Assembly (NCBI RefSeq): GCF_006345805.1 | Contig: NC_043026.1 | Coordinates: 7,936,001 to 8,000,000 of the forward strand | Source: Octopus sinensis | Taxonomy: Eukaryota | Reading direction: 5' to 3' | DNA: 64,000 nt | Shown: in pieces, positions 42,981-56,000 of the stretch | Layout: each line of letters opens with the position of its first letter | Position numbering within the stretch: position 1 is the first letter of the stretch | Notes under the pieces: generated by a model | The model's database searches: none | Told to the model about the DNA's origin: nothing | The model's input: only the letters and a program-made list of their open reading frames with translations | Made by a program: the position numbers and the translations under genes

Positions 42981-43040
42981 TATATACATATATATACTAT
43001 ATATATATATATATATATATATACATACAAATTATACATA

Positions 43041-44000
43041 TATATTTATATAAAGTATAGGTGGTATACAAATGGGTATATATTTATAAAAAACAAGTTT
43101 GAAAACGCACCTATATAAGAGAGATTTTACATGTTTTGGTTCTTGATAAAACGAACCTTATCAAAAATACTTTTAAAAGTTAAGTGTAATAAAAAAGTTC
43201 ATAATTGTTTCTTACTAGTCTCAACAGAGTCCACGTTGTGGTGTTTTGTGGGTGGTGGGAGCATAATGGCTGTCTTGTGTGTTGCCTCGATTCATTGGCA
43301 GTAATTCGGCCACTGGTTATTATCACAATTACAGCCAACGAAACTAGTCAACACACAAGTCAGCCACTATGCTCCCCCCACCTACAAATCACCACAACGT
43401 GGACTCTGTTGAGACTAATAAGAAACAATTACTCTTTTACTCTTTTACTTGTTTCAGTCATTTGACTGCGGCCATGCTGGAGCACCGCCTTTAGTCGAGC
43501 AACTCGACCCCAAGACTTATTCTTTGTAAGCCCAGTACTTATTCTATTGGTCTCTTTTGCCGAACCGCTAAGTGACGGGGAGGTAAACACACCAGCATCG
43601 GTTATCAAGCAATGCTAGGGGGACAAACACACACACACACACACACACATACACATATATGTATATACATATATACGACAGGCTTCTTTCAGTTTCCGTC
43701 TACCAAATCCACTCACAAGGCATTGGTCGGCCCGGGGCTATAGCAGAAGACACTTGCCCAAGATGCCACGCAGTGGGACTGAACCCAGAACCATGTGGTT
43801 GGTTGGCAAGCTACTTACCAATGAACTTTTTTATTACACTTAACTTTTAAAAATATTTTTGATAAGGTTCGTTTTATCAAGAAGAACCGAAACATGTAAA
43901 ATCTCTAAGAAAATAAAATCTATCTTATATAGGTGCGTTTTCAACTTCTTTTTTATAAATATATACCCACTCGTATACCACCTACACTTTATATGAATAT
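43041..44000. repeat. Foldback element whose right arm is split by a family-B SINE (43431-43820)
   Basis: The left arm 43041-43272 is the reverse complement of 43363-43430 joined to 43821-44000. Confidence 0.85.
43431..43820 (-). mobile_element. tRNA-derived SINE (family B)
   Basis: Near-identical to 25281-25692. Confidence 0.9.
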
Positions 44001-44019
44001 ATATGTATATATTTGTATG

Positions 44020-44109
<90 letters not shown>

Positions 44110-44127
44110 ATATATATATATGTATGT

Positions 44128-44168
<41 letters not shown>

Positions 44169-44179
44169 CTATACATATA

Positions 44180-47100
44180 TCATCATCATCATCATCATCA
44201 TCATCATTATCATTTAGCGTCCGCTTTCCATGCTAGCATGGGTTGGACGGTTCAACTGGGGTCTGTGAAGCCAGAAGGCTGCACCAGGCCCAGTCTGATC
44301 TGGCAATGTTTCTACGGCTGGATGCCCTTCCTAACGCCAACCACTCCGTGAGTGTAGTGGGTGCTTTTTATGTGCCACCCGCACAGGTGCCAGAGGAGCT
44401 GGCAAACGTCCACGGACAGATGGTGCTTTTTACGTGCCACCGGCACGGGGCCCGGCGAGGCTGGCAACGGCCACGATCGGATGGTGCTTTTTACGTGCCC
44501 CTGGCACGGGGGCCAGGCGAGGCTGGCAACGGCCACGAACGGATGGTGCTTTTTACGTGCCCTTGGCACGGGGGCCAGGCGAAGCTGGCAACGGCCACGA
44601 ATGGATGGTGCTACGTGCCACTGGCACGGAGGCCAGGCGAGGCTGGCAACGGCCACGAATGGATGGTGCTTTTTACGTGCCACCGGCACGGAGGCCAGTC
44701 GGGGCGGCGCTGGCAACGGCTACGATCGGATGGTTCGCTTACTTGTCACCGGCACTGGTATCACAGCTGCAATTTCCATTGATGTTAATCGACTTCGATT
44801 TTGGTTCTGCTTTCTGATATCTGATTTGATTTGGTTTGATTTTGATTTTGATTTTCACTTGCCTCAATTGGTCTTCACAAGTGGAGTTTTGTGTCCCAGG
44901 AAGAAAAGGTATGTATAAGTCGACTGGCTACATACCAGGTAGAGACCATGGGTTATGGTCTCACTAGTCTTGCCGGGTCTTCTGACGCACAGCATACTTC
45001 CATAGGTCTCGGTCTCTAGTCATTTCCTTGGTAAGACCTAAAGTTCGAAGGTCGTGCTTCACCACCTCGTCCCAGATTTTCCTGGCTCTACCTCTTCCAC
45101 AGGTTCCCTCAACCGCTAGGGTGTGGCACTTTTGCACACAACTATCTTCAGCCATTCTCGTCACACGACCATACCAGCGCAAACGTCTCTCTTGCACACC
45201 ACAACTGATGCTTAGGTCCAACTTTTCTCTCAAGGTACTTACACTCTGTCGATTATGAACACTGACATTACACATCCATCGGAGCATACTGGCTTCATTT
45301 CTTGCGAGCTTACGCATATCCTCAGCAGTCACAGCCCATGTTTCACTACCATGTAGCATGGCTGTACGTACACATGCATCATACAGTCTGCCTTTTACTC
45401 TGAGCGAGAGGCCTTTTGTCATCAGCAGGGGTAAGAGCTCTCTAAACTTTGCCCAGGCTATTCTTACTCTAGCAGTTACACTTTCAGCACACCCACCCCC
45501 GCTACTGACTTGGTCACCTAGATAGCGGAAGCTATCAACTACTTCTAGTTTTTCTCCCTGGAACGAGGTAGAAGTTGATCTCTGCACATTTTCAGTGTTT
45601 ATTGCTCCTGAGCATCTGCCACAGACAAAAACTATCTTCCCAGTTAGCCTTCCTTTGACATTGCTGCACCTCTTATGTGTCCATAGCTTACACTTGGTGC
45701 ACTTTATAGATTTTCTACCTATGCCTTTTCTACAGATCGAGCAGGGCCATCTACCTGAAGGCGTTTGTGATTGGTCTACCTTCCTACTTATTAGGACTTT
45801 GGTTTTGGCTAGGTTGATTCTAAGGCCCTTCGATTCTAAACCTTGCTTCCACACCTGAAACTTCTCCAGTTCTGATAGTGACTCAGCAATTAGAGCAAGG
45901 TCATCAGCATGGAGGAGCTCCCAGGGGCATCCTGTCTTGAATTCCTCCGTTATTGCCTGGTGGACTATGATAAGTAGGAGGGGACTGAGGACTGAACCCT
46001 GGTAGACCCCAACCTCTACTCGGAATTCTTCACTGTACTCGTTGCCAACCCTCACCTTACTAGCAGCGCCTCTGTACATGGCTCGCACAGCTCTCACTAA
46101 CCATTCATCTATCCCTTGTTTCCTCATTGACCACCAGATAAGGGATCGGGGGACCCTGCCGAAGGCTTTCTCCATGTCAACAAAAGCCAGGTACAGGGGC
46201 TTATCTTTGGCTAGGTATTTCTCCTGCAGCTGTCTTACCAGGAATATAGCATCATTGGTATCTCATCTAACTGCATCTCATCTAAACTAACTCTCTCTCT
46301 CTAATTAGTTGGGCTATAACCCTCTCCGTAACCTTCATTACCTGATCCAGCAGCTTGATACCCCTGTAGTTAGACATTCGGCAGACTCTCTTTATCCCAT
46401 TCATTTTCCTCATTCAGCAACCTTTCATAGTGGCGTCTCCAAATCTCTCTCTTTGCATCCTCATTTAGCGCAGGTGAACCGTCATCCTTGCGAACACATT
46501 TCTCTCCTACCACGTCATGATTCTCTCTCACACACTGTCTTGCAACACGAAATACCTCATGTCTTTCATCCTCACGGAGCAGGACATTGGCAATTTTTTT
46601 CTTATCTGCTTCCCCTCTGGCTAAATACACCTGCCTCCTAGCTTCCCTTCTGGCAGTCTGATACACTTCCCTGCAACCACCGTTCTTCCAGTCCTTCCAA
46701 GCCAGTCTCTTTTGTCTAATAGCCCTGTCAACAATATTGTTCCACCACCACGTTATTTTGGGTCTTGAGGGGACTTCTCACCAGCCACAGATCTGGTCAG
46801 TGGCTTTCAGCAGGTTGTCCCTTAGAAGCGTCCAGTTGTCTTCTACCCTATGTGTTGCTATACCCCCTTCTATTACGTCGAAGGCTTCAAGTAACATGTC
46901 TCTAAATCTCTGTCCATTCGCAGGGTCTTTAAGCTTCCAGACCCTTCTTCTCCATGTTGGTCGTCTTCTAGTCGTCCTCTTAGTCCTGATCCTAAAGTCA
47001 CTAACTACCAGTCTATGTTGTGGGGTACATTCTTCGCCTGGGAAGGTTTGGGCATTTATAAGCAGCCATCTTTCCCTTTTTCTGGCAAGGATGTAGTCGA

Positions 47101-48030
47101 TTTGGCTAGTATGCCGGCCCGATCGGAAGGTGACCAGGTGGCTTGTCGGTTTTCTGAAGTTAGTGTTGCAAACCATAAGACTATTCGCATCGCAGAACTC
47201 CAGCAGCCTGATTCCCTCCTCGTTGCGGGAACCATAACCGTAGCCTCCATGTACGCCATGGAAGACCCCAGCATATCGTCCAACATGCCCATTGAAGTCA
47301 CCAGCCACAAAGAGAAGGTCCCTGCCATTCGTCAATGAGGTGGTCTGCAGTAGGGTGTCATAGAAACGGTCTTTCTGTCCATCGGGTAGCCCTGGCTGAG
47401 GGGTATAGGCCGATATAATAGTTGCTAAACTATGATGGAGCACTAATCTAATCTTCAGTATTCTGTCACATACTCTGACTACCTCGATTAACTAATCTAC
47501 CCATTTTTCGGCGATAAGTATACCCACACCCCCGACCCCATCAGTATTCCCAGCCCAGAAAATCTTGTACCTCTGTCCTTTGCCTGTGAGGAACCTAGCA
47601 GAACCTCCTCTCCACCTCACTTCTTGAATGCTGCATATATCAACACACCTCCGTTCAAGCAATTCAACGATCTCGCCAGATCTGCCTTTCAGTGTGCCAA
47701 CGTTGAGGGTGCCAACCCTGAGGGTGTGGGAGGTATTGGCCCTAGTAGCGTCATGAACCTGAAAAGAAAACTCGCGTTTGGCAGGATTCATATACAAACA
47801 ATAAAACTCAAGTTCAAACCGCGTACACTACACTAACATATCTTGCAATGAATGACCACTACCTTTTATGGAAGTAGGTGGGGGTGTCGTAAACTTTGAA
47901 GTGTACATGGGAGACAACAAGGATGAGAAAATTTAGGACTTCCTATACCGGTGGAGTGGGTGGGAGGGCGGGTGCACCGCGAACACTAGCAGCCATGTAC
48001 GCCATTCCTTTCTTGGAAAGGAATACTTAT
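44180..48030 (-). mobile_element. Near full-length RTE-clade LINE (APE endonuclease + RT + PHD-like finger), inactivated by frameshifts and an internal deletion
   Basis: APE motifs LRVGTLNVGTL, IQEVRW, SAYTPQ, AGDFNGHVG, SQIDYIL and QHRLVV (46778-47797); RT second half in ORF 44964-46175; (GAT)n tail near 44180; much of the RT N-terminal part is missing near 46290-46380. Confidence 0.95.
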
Positions 48031-48528
48031 TAATAGGTATAAAATACCTAAATTTGAGAGAGAGATATTTTGCAGATTTATGGGAGATGCGTGAGCTATA
48101 TTTATCTTAGCGATAAGGAGCTATAAAATTATAAATATATTTATTCTATATTTACCGAGACGTGAGGCTGATCGATAAAATTAGGGGGCGAGCTATAGGA
48201 TTATATATATATTTAACACAAGACATGAGACATCGATATATTGAGATGAACTATAGAATTATATATATATATAACACGAGGTGTGTGGCTGAAATAGACA
48301 AAGTCATAACATAATAGAGATAAACAGGGGTAACTAAAGATCAATCAATTGCACAGAAATATTTCTGGTAGGTAGGGGCTGAATTAAATTAATATTGCTT
48401 CGCTGGAATTCATTTTTCGGACGAAGTTGACAGCAACAGTTTGAATCAAAAAGTGGGACCGTTATTAATCAGTCGCTATTGTATATGCATATAGGGTGAT
48501 ATATATATTATATATATATAAATATAAT

Positions 48529-48614
<86 letters not shown>

Positions 48615-48731
48615 CATATATATATATCAGGTTCAGATTGTTATCTAAAATACCGATCACATCAAGTGGCCAGTATGGGAATAAAAACCTTATAGTTAAT
48701 GATTTTTATCAAAATTAATAATTTTGTTTAA

Positions 48732-48799
<68 letters not shown>

Positions 48800-48801
<2 letters not shown>

Positions 48802-49455
48802 CATCATCATCATCATCGTTTATTGTCCGTATTCCATGTTAGCATGGGTTGGACGGTTCAACCGGGGACTGGGAAGCTAGGAGGTTGCACTAGGCTCCAG
48901 TCTGATCTGGCAGTATTTCTACGGCTGGATGCCCTTCCTAACGCCACCCACTCCATGAGTGTAGTGGGTGCTTTTTACATGCCACCGGCACAGGGACCAG
49001 AGAAGGCTGGCAACGTCTATGATCGGTTGGAGCTTTTTACGTGCCACCAACACAGACGCCAGTCAAGGTGGCGCTGGCATCGGCCACGTTTGGATGGTGC
49101 TTTTTATGTGCTACCGGCATGGGTATCACAACTACATTTTCCATTTGATTTTTATTTCGATGTTGATGGACTTGACTCAATAGGTCTCCTCAAGCACAGC
49201 AGGTCACCCTACGATCCAAGGTTAGCACAGAAGGCCGTCCTGCGAGACATGAACTCACTTTATTTGTTGGGTCTTCGCAGTCACAGCATAACTCTAGAGA
49301 TCTCGGTCTTTCGTCATTGCCTCTGTGAGGCCCAACGTTCGAAGGTCATGCTTGACCACCTCATCCCATGTCTTCCTGGGTCTACCTCTACCCTGGATTC
49401 CTTCAACTGCCTGGGAGTGGCACTTCTTCACACATCTCTCCTCATCCATCCGTAG
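48800..49455 (-). mobile_element. RTE LINE 3' end (ORF terminus + UTR)
   Basis: RGRPRKTWDEVVKHDLRTLGL-like remnant and the family 3' UTR/(GAT)n tail. Confidence 0.9.
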
Positions 49456-49610
49456 TACAGATATTCATACACATCCGCATATACATATACATACATACAT
49501 ACATACATACATACATACATACATACATACATACATACATACATACACACGCACACACATATACACATACACATATACATACACACGCACACATACACAC
49601 ATACATAGAT

Positions 49611-49648
<38 letters not shown>

Positions 49649-49744
49649 ATAGATTCCGTGTATGTATCTCTCTATGTGTATATATATATATTCATACACA
49701 TCCGCCTATACATACACACACAGACACACACACATATATATATA

Positions 49745-50080
49745 TAAAAGGGTAAAGACCCCCTTCGGTCATGAGTGACCATGGGTTTGCACCTAGAGAG
49801 TTACCCTCTGAGGCACAAGTCTGGGCAAGGTTGTTTTATGGAAGACCAGTAGTCGCCCATGCATACCGGCCTCCCCTCTCCACGCCACCAGTGTTATCCA
49901 AGGGAAAGACAAAGGTCGATACAGCTTGGCACCTGTGACGTCGCAACTCATTTCTACAGCTGAGTGAACAGGAGCAACGTGAAATAAAGTGTCTTGCTCA
50001 AGAACACAACACGCAGCCCGGTCCGGGATTCGAGCTCACAACCTCACGATCGTAAGCTCGACGCTCTAACCACTGAGCCA
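49745..50080 (-). mobile_element. tRNA-derived SINE (family C)
   Basis: Minus-strand head TGGCTCAGTGGTTAGAGCG...TCGAATCCCGG, then GTGTTCTTGAGCAAGACAC; second copy at 60837-61175 (+). Confidence 0.85.
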
Positions 50081-50817
50081 TCTATACATACAATTACCCG
50101 CCTACGTACACATAAATACATCCATAAATACATACATATACACACACCGTTTACTTCACTCGTGTTCTGTCCAAATCGAAGTTTACCTTTCTTTTTCACG
50201 TCCAAATTAGTTATAATTCCTAATTAATGACTTAATTGTGACACATTTTATGTCATTTAATTCATTAAAATGCTGACAATGTCTCTTTTACTGCAAATAA
50301 ATAATTTAGACAGAGTTTTTAGACTCGGATTTCCCGCTTTTTTCCCCACGTTTTTGTCATTCAAATTGTCGTTGCTAGGCAACGGACAGAAATAATTGAA
50401 CGGGAAGCGGCAGAAGTTATAGAGAGACTCCAGACTGGGCGGTTTGTGTGATACCAGACCCGAAATATCACCAGACACCTTTAAGCATGGGTGGTTACAG
50501 ATGGATTTACCCGTCGTCTTTCCTATGTGTGTGCAAGAAGGCTACGTATAATAATATATAATTATATGTATATATATCTGTAGGTGTATATATATCTGAG
50601 TTTATATATGAATATGCATGTATATATAATATTCTGCTTTCCTGTGAGTATAATTATGATGTATATTTATATTCCTATATAAATGTATCAGCAATCCTAT
50701 ACAGTAGAGTCGGAAATTATCCAATACCTCAAATATTCCAACATCTTTTGATATTTCTTTTTTAAACTTGTACATATACATGAATAAATGTATACACAAA
50801 CACATACATTTCTACAG

Positions 50818-50874
<57 letters not shown>

Positions 50875-51585
50875 CATCCTGTGGCATAACTACAGATGAG
50901 CACCCCATCGACTTTGTTTCCTCATAACTTCCAGGAAAATGGATATTTTTAATGAAACTTCCACTTTCATTTTCTAACAAAAGAAATCAAAAGAAATCCT
51001 CTTTTACAAAGCTCTTATTTAAATCCCTGTGGATAAATCAGCAAGAATCTTCTCAGGCTCTCCAATATTTTACAATTATATAAAGAGAAAGAATCGGGGA
51101 CCAGGAAGTGGGGCTAAAAATAATCATAGATTTTTAAAATGTTCTTTTTAAATTTTTATAACATAAATGTGTTTCTGAGGGAAAAATATTGAAAAACATC
51201 AAAACATTGAATGAGAGAAAGAGAAGACAAGGAGGGTGGGGTGCTAGAAATAACAGCCAAATCTCCCTTAAATCACACACTTTTTCCCTCGAACCCTTAC
51301 AAAATATTTTGCCAACAAATTTCTTTTTAATCGTAATCTACTTCGTTTGAAAGTTATTTCTATAAAATTTCATTCAAAATTACCCAATTTCCTGAAATTT
51401 ATGAGAAGGGAAAATGTCTGGTTGTGTGAATTTCAGAAAATTTTTTTCCAACAAATCCTTACAAAAACTCAATCTACAGGAACTAAACGATTATTTGTTG
51501 AAAGTTTCATTTAAAAAATATCCATTTTTCTGCAAGTTATGAGGAAACAAAGTCGGTGGGGTATATATCTGTAGTTATGTCGAAT
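50875..51585. mobile_element. MITE/non-autonomous DNA-transposon-like element with inverted arms of about 90 bp
   Basis: CATAACTACAGAT...TTTGTTTCCTCATAACTT...ATGGATATTTTT mirrored by AAAAATATCCAT...AAGTTATGAGGAAACAAA...ATCTGTAGTTATG. Confidence 0.65.
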
Positions 51586-53033
51586 TTGCTTCCTCACAAC
51601 TTTCGCAAAATTAAATATTTTTTAATGAAATTTTCTACAAATATTCAGATGGTTTAGATTCCGATTAAATGGAATTATTGTGAAAACCGTTGTCCCTGGG
51701 TGGGAAAAGCAGTTTTAGAAAATTCACAAGATTCGCCTTTGTTATGAAAGAAAAAAAGTTTTTCCAATAAATCCCCATAGAATCGGAATCTACACCATCT
51801 GAAGCATATTGTAGGAAATTCCATGAAAAATATCCATTTCCCTGCGGTATTAGGGAAGAAGCATATACATCATCGAAGAACATTTATACACATGTATATT
51901 TATATATACCTACATTACACACATGTCTTTGCTATGTTTTTAAAACACATAAAACTCATAGATGCATACTTTTATAATATTTTACACTTAAACCGCCACA
52001 GGACAATATTTTTAGAGTTGCTTCTAAAAGTGACCTTCACTTTTTTTATGAAAAACGATACAAATTTCAGAGTATTTGGCTGTTATTTCTAGCATGATGT
52101 TAGGCCATCTATAGGACAATATTTGACATGGATGCTTTGTAAATAAAAATGTGAAGGTTTTTGTGGCTCTTTCTAGCATGAAATGAGACCATATACAGGT
52201 CAATTTTATTTATGAATGCTTCTTAAAGTGTCCTTCAAATTTTATATGAAAAATAAATTGGTTTCTATTTCTAGCGTGGAAAATGACCAGCTATGGGAAA
52301 GCTTTTACTGAATGCTTCTTAAAGTGTCCTTCTCTTTTTTTCTGAACCCCCAACAGCAACAACAACAACAAGAACCCTACGAGGACGAAAGGCAATGTTT
52401 GTGCGTGTGTGCAGTTGGAATGTCACTGCAACAACAACAACAACAATCTATTCTTATTAAACGTTAAAAACTGTCAGATGCAGACTGCACACACGCACAC
52501 ACGACACTGATGACGACGGTGATGATGATGATGGTGATGATGGTGATGGTGACGATGATGATGATGATGATGACGACGACGATGATAATGATGATGATGA
52601 TGATGACGACGACGACGGCGGAGACGACGACGACGACGGCGGAGACGACGACGACGACGGCGGAGACGGCGTTGGTGGTCGTCTGCCTTTTAATGGAGAA
52701 TCAATGATTATGAAAGTCTCTGCTTCGGACCAGACATTCTATACATACATGCATGGTATATAATATATATACACACACAAACATAATATTATAGCCTTTT
52801 TTATACATACATTCCTAAATATGTGTGTATATATATATAACACACATGTACATATACTGTATATAAATATATACACACACACCACAAAGAGAGAGTGTTG
52901 AGGAATGTTACAACAATAAGTGTCAGTGTGTAGATGCAATGTATGCGATGCAGGTTCGATTCCCGGCGAAGCCATTTACAACAACAACAATAATAAGAAG
53001 AAGAAGATTGAAGTTTAATATTTCTGGAAATAT

Positions 53034-56000
53034 TTATTTGTCAAAATAAAAGAAAGCAAAAGATTGAGGTCCAGGAATAATTCCAAAAACCATCAAAGAA
53101 TTGTCTGAAACATCCAAACCAAGAACTTCATAGACTTCATTATCATACCCTCTGAGGAGTAAATATTTTGGATTATCTTTTAATCTCAGGATTTCATCAT
53201 CTTCAGATGTTTCCTCTTCAATATGTCCAGGTATTTCGTAAATATTGTTTATGAAATCTGTTATATAAACACATTCACCAATTATGGTCAGACGAGGTCT
53301 TGGAATATAATATTCCCAACCATAAAACATTCCTCCTTCTATTCTTATCCTCCTCACCAAAGACTTTTCCCTGAACCATTCCACAAAACACAAAACTTCC
53401 CCCCATCCAGACTCATTCTTCATCTCCTTCCTCAAAACAACAACATCACCAAAAGATGTGACTCCCACACCATCCACCCCTTCTTCTCCCTCAAACCTTC
53501 CCCCTCTCCTCTTCTTCCCACGACACACTTCATCTTTACATTTCCCATCTTTGATATCAACCACATCCACATAATAAGGGTCAAAGATGTAGGGGTCTTT
53601 GCAATAATAGTAAAAATGTTGTTCTCCCATATTCTTTGGTATTTCTTGTCTCTCTCTTCTTGAGTTATGTCTCTAATATAATGACCACCACACACGAGTT
53701 GATTGTCGTTGTATTTATAAATCCTGTTGTAGTATTTCTCAGTTTGATGGTTTTTAAACAAAGAGATCCCTGTGAAGACCCTCATTTCTCTCCCAAAGGC
53801 GACAATGAAACATTCCTCTGTCCACCGACATATGTCCAGTGGTGGTCGTTGTTGTTGTTCATGTTGAAGTATGTCCACTGTTGTTGTTGTTGTGTTCTGA
53901 TTAATGTGACACTTTCTCGAAACATCAACACACTCACATTCTCATCTAACTTAATTAGTTTACTGTTCCAGTCCCTAATGTCCCTAAAATCATAATCAAC
54001 AGGTTCCTCGAATGCAGGAATGAAAAAAGGGACCATTGCTGTCCTATATGGAAGTCTCCTCACTGATATTTCATCAATTCCTGAATTATTAATCTCCGCT
54101 ATGTAATTACCACATCTCACCTTTAATCTACCTTTACCAATTATTTCACCTGATTTACCTATTCTTTTTCTTCCCCCATCTCCATCTCCTTCTCTGTATT
54201 CCAATTTATTAATTAATTCATTACTGAATATTTCCTTGTTCGTTTCAGATGTAATGGAAGGGAAACGAAGACCAGAATCAAGATTTAATGACGACACAGA
54301 TTCCAGAATGTTCACTTGGTCCCCATCAATTTATGCAATGACATTCAATCAATTCATTATGTACACACCAGTAAATACCCGCCACTTTTCTCCATATTAC
54401 ACCATAGGGATGAGACTCGACCAACTTGAGATGTCTGCAAATCTTCTCCATTCAGTTGAAATATTTCTTTCCTTTTAGGAACCGTGGCCATTATGTGTGA
54501 TTCTTGTGTAAAACACACACCACCAACTAAACTTGCAACATTTCTGTGACATAGCAACTGGCCGTCTTCATCGAATATTTTAACATTTCCATTATTGGCT
54601 TTTTCACACACAACTGTCTTTCCTTCCTCAGAGACATCAAAATCTTTCACTTGAACAGGACATTCGTCTGTTTGTAAACGAGCAACCGGGAAGCTGTCTC
54701 GATTCACCATAAACAACCCTTCAACATACAATTCATTCCTTCCCCTCCTGGGGCTTCCAACAAACCTTGGTCCTTTACAGTCTATACTGGAGAAATATAC
54801 TCCACCTTTGTAAATTCTTTTATTTAAAAATATTCTCTTGTATTCCCCTTTCTGGGTAAAACACAAAATGTTTTGATATCCAAATGGACGAAAACATTTC
54901 TCCCAATAACCATAAATGTACAAAAAACTGTCATCGATTGTCATCCTGTCATCATCACCATCACCAATATAAGCCTCCATGTAGTGTCTGACTGAATGTA
55001 AATATTGACCACCACTGTTGAAGAAAATGATGAATCTCAAGTTTAAGACAATGATGACATCTTCATCAGTAACTTTAATATCCTGGATTATATCACAATA
55101 ATTTCCATCTTCTCTTCTCCCTATTAATGGTTCAGGTATGTCTATTTTTTTTATTTCCTTCACACTCGAATGTATTTCATCAATATCAACAAAATGCAAA
55201 TGTCTTCCATCTCTCCCTTTACTCAAAACCAGTTGATTGTTTGATAAAGAAGCCACACAATAATATTTATTTCTCGTTTTGTAAATTACCAACGACAATG
55301 GAAATTCCACTTTTAATGTCAACAGTTGGTGTTTATTATAATCAAAACGATCCCAATTCGTAATGACCAGTGTGTTTGACTGCCATCGACACATTTTAAT
55401 ACAATCATAAAGATTCACTTTGATTGAATCCAATAGGTGACCATCCAATGTGAATATCTTAATGTTTCCATTCCTCTCGTCCCATCCTGCAATCAGATTA
55501 TTTTCAGTAAGAACCAAACGATCAATCCCCACTGTTTCTTTGTCTCCCAAATATTTAGGGAGAGGAATACGTCTGGCTTTATCAGAAACTGTCAGGTCCT
55601 GTACATATAAAGTGGAAGACAACATTTCACTGAGAGAAATGTGTCTGGCAAATACATCCACCAGGTCGATATAATAATTAAGTTGATTATTAGTAACGAG
55701 ATCATTAACCAACAAATTCTGATCGTTTATGGTAAACATACGGCTTCTGTCTATCAGAAACAGACGTTTGGTCAAGAAACCACCTTGGAGACTGAGGGGA
55801 CGTTTCACTGGGACATTAAAACACTGGGGACCATCTGACGACTGCCATGACCACCACCACCTATTCTAGTGTTGTACTGAAAAGCTTTTCCCCTAGTAAC
55901 AATTAATAGCTTTTTGTTGTTTTTTCTATTGATAATGATTTTACAAACACAGGGATATTAATTGTCTTAATTACTTCAACTTGATATAATAATTGATGGC

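Noticed and set aside
52401-52498. Mini element with a 15-bp inverted repeat GTGCGTGTGTGCAGT/ACTGCACACACGCAC
   Set aside because: The arms are mostly (GT/CA) low complexity; chance pairing cannot be excluded and there is no TSD
52945-52976. tRNA gene (GGTTCGATTCCCGGCGAAGCCA)
   Set aside because: Only a B-box/T-loop and a CCA-like end; T-stem and acceptor stem do not pair and there is no D or anticodon arm; probably a SINE or tRNA remnant
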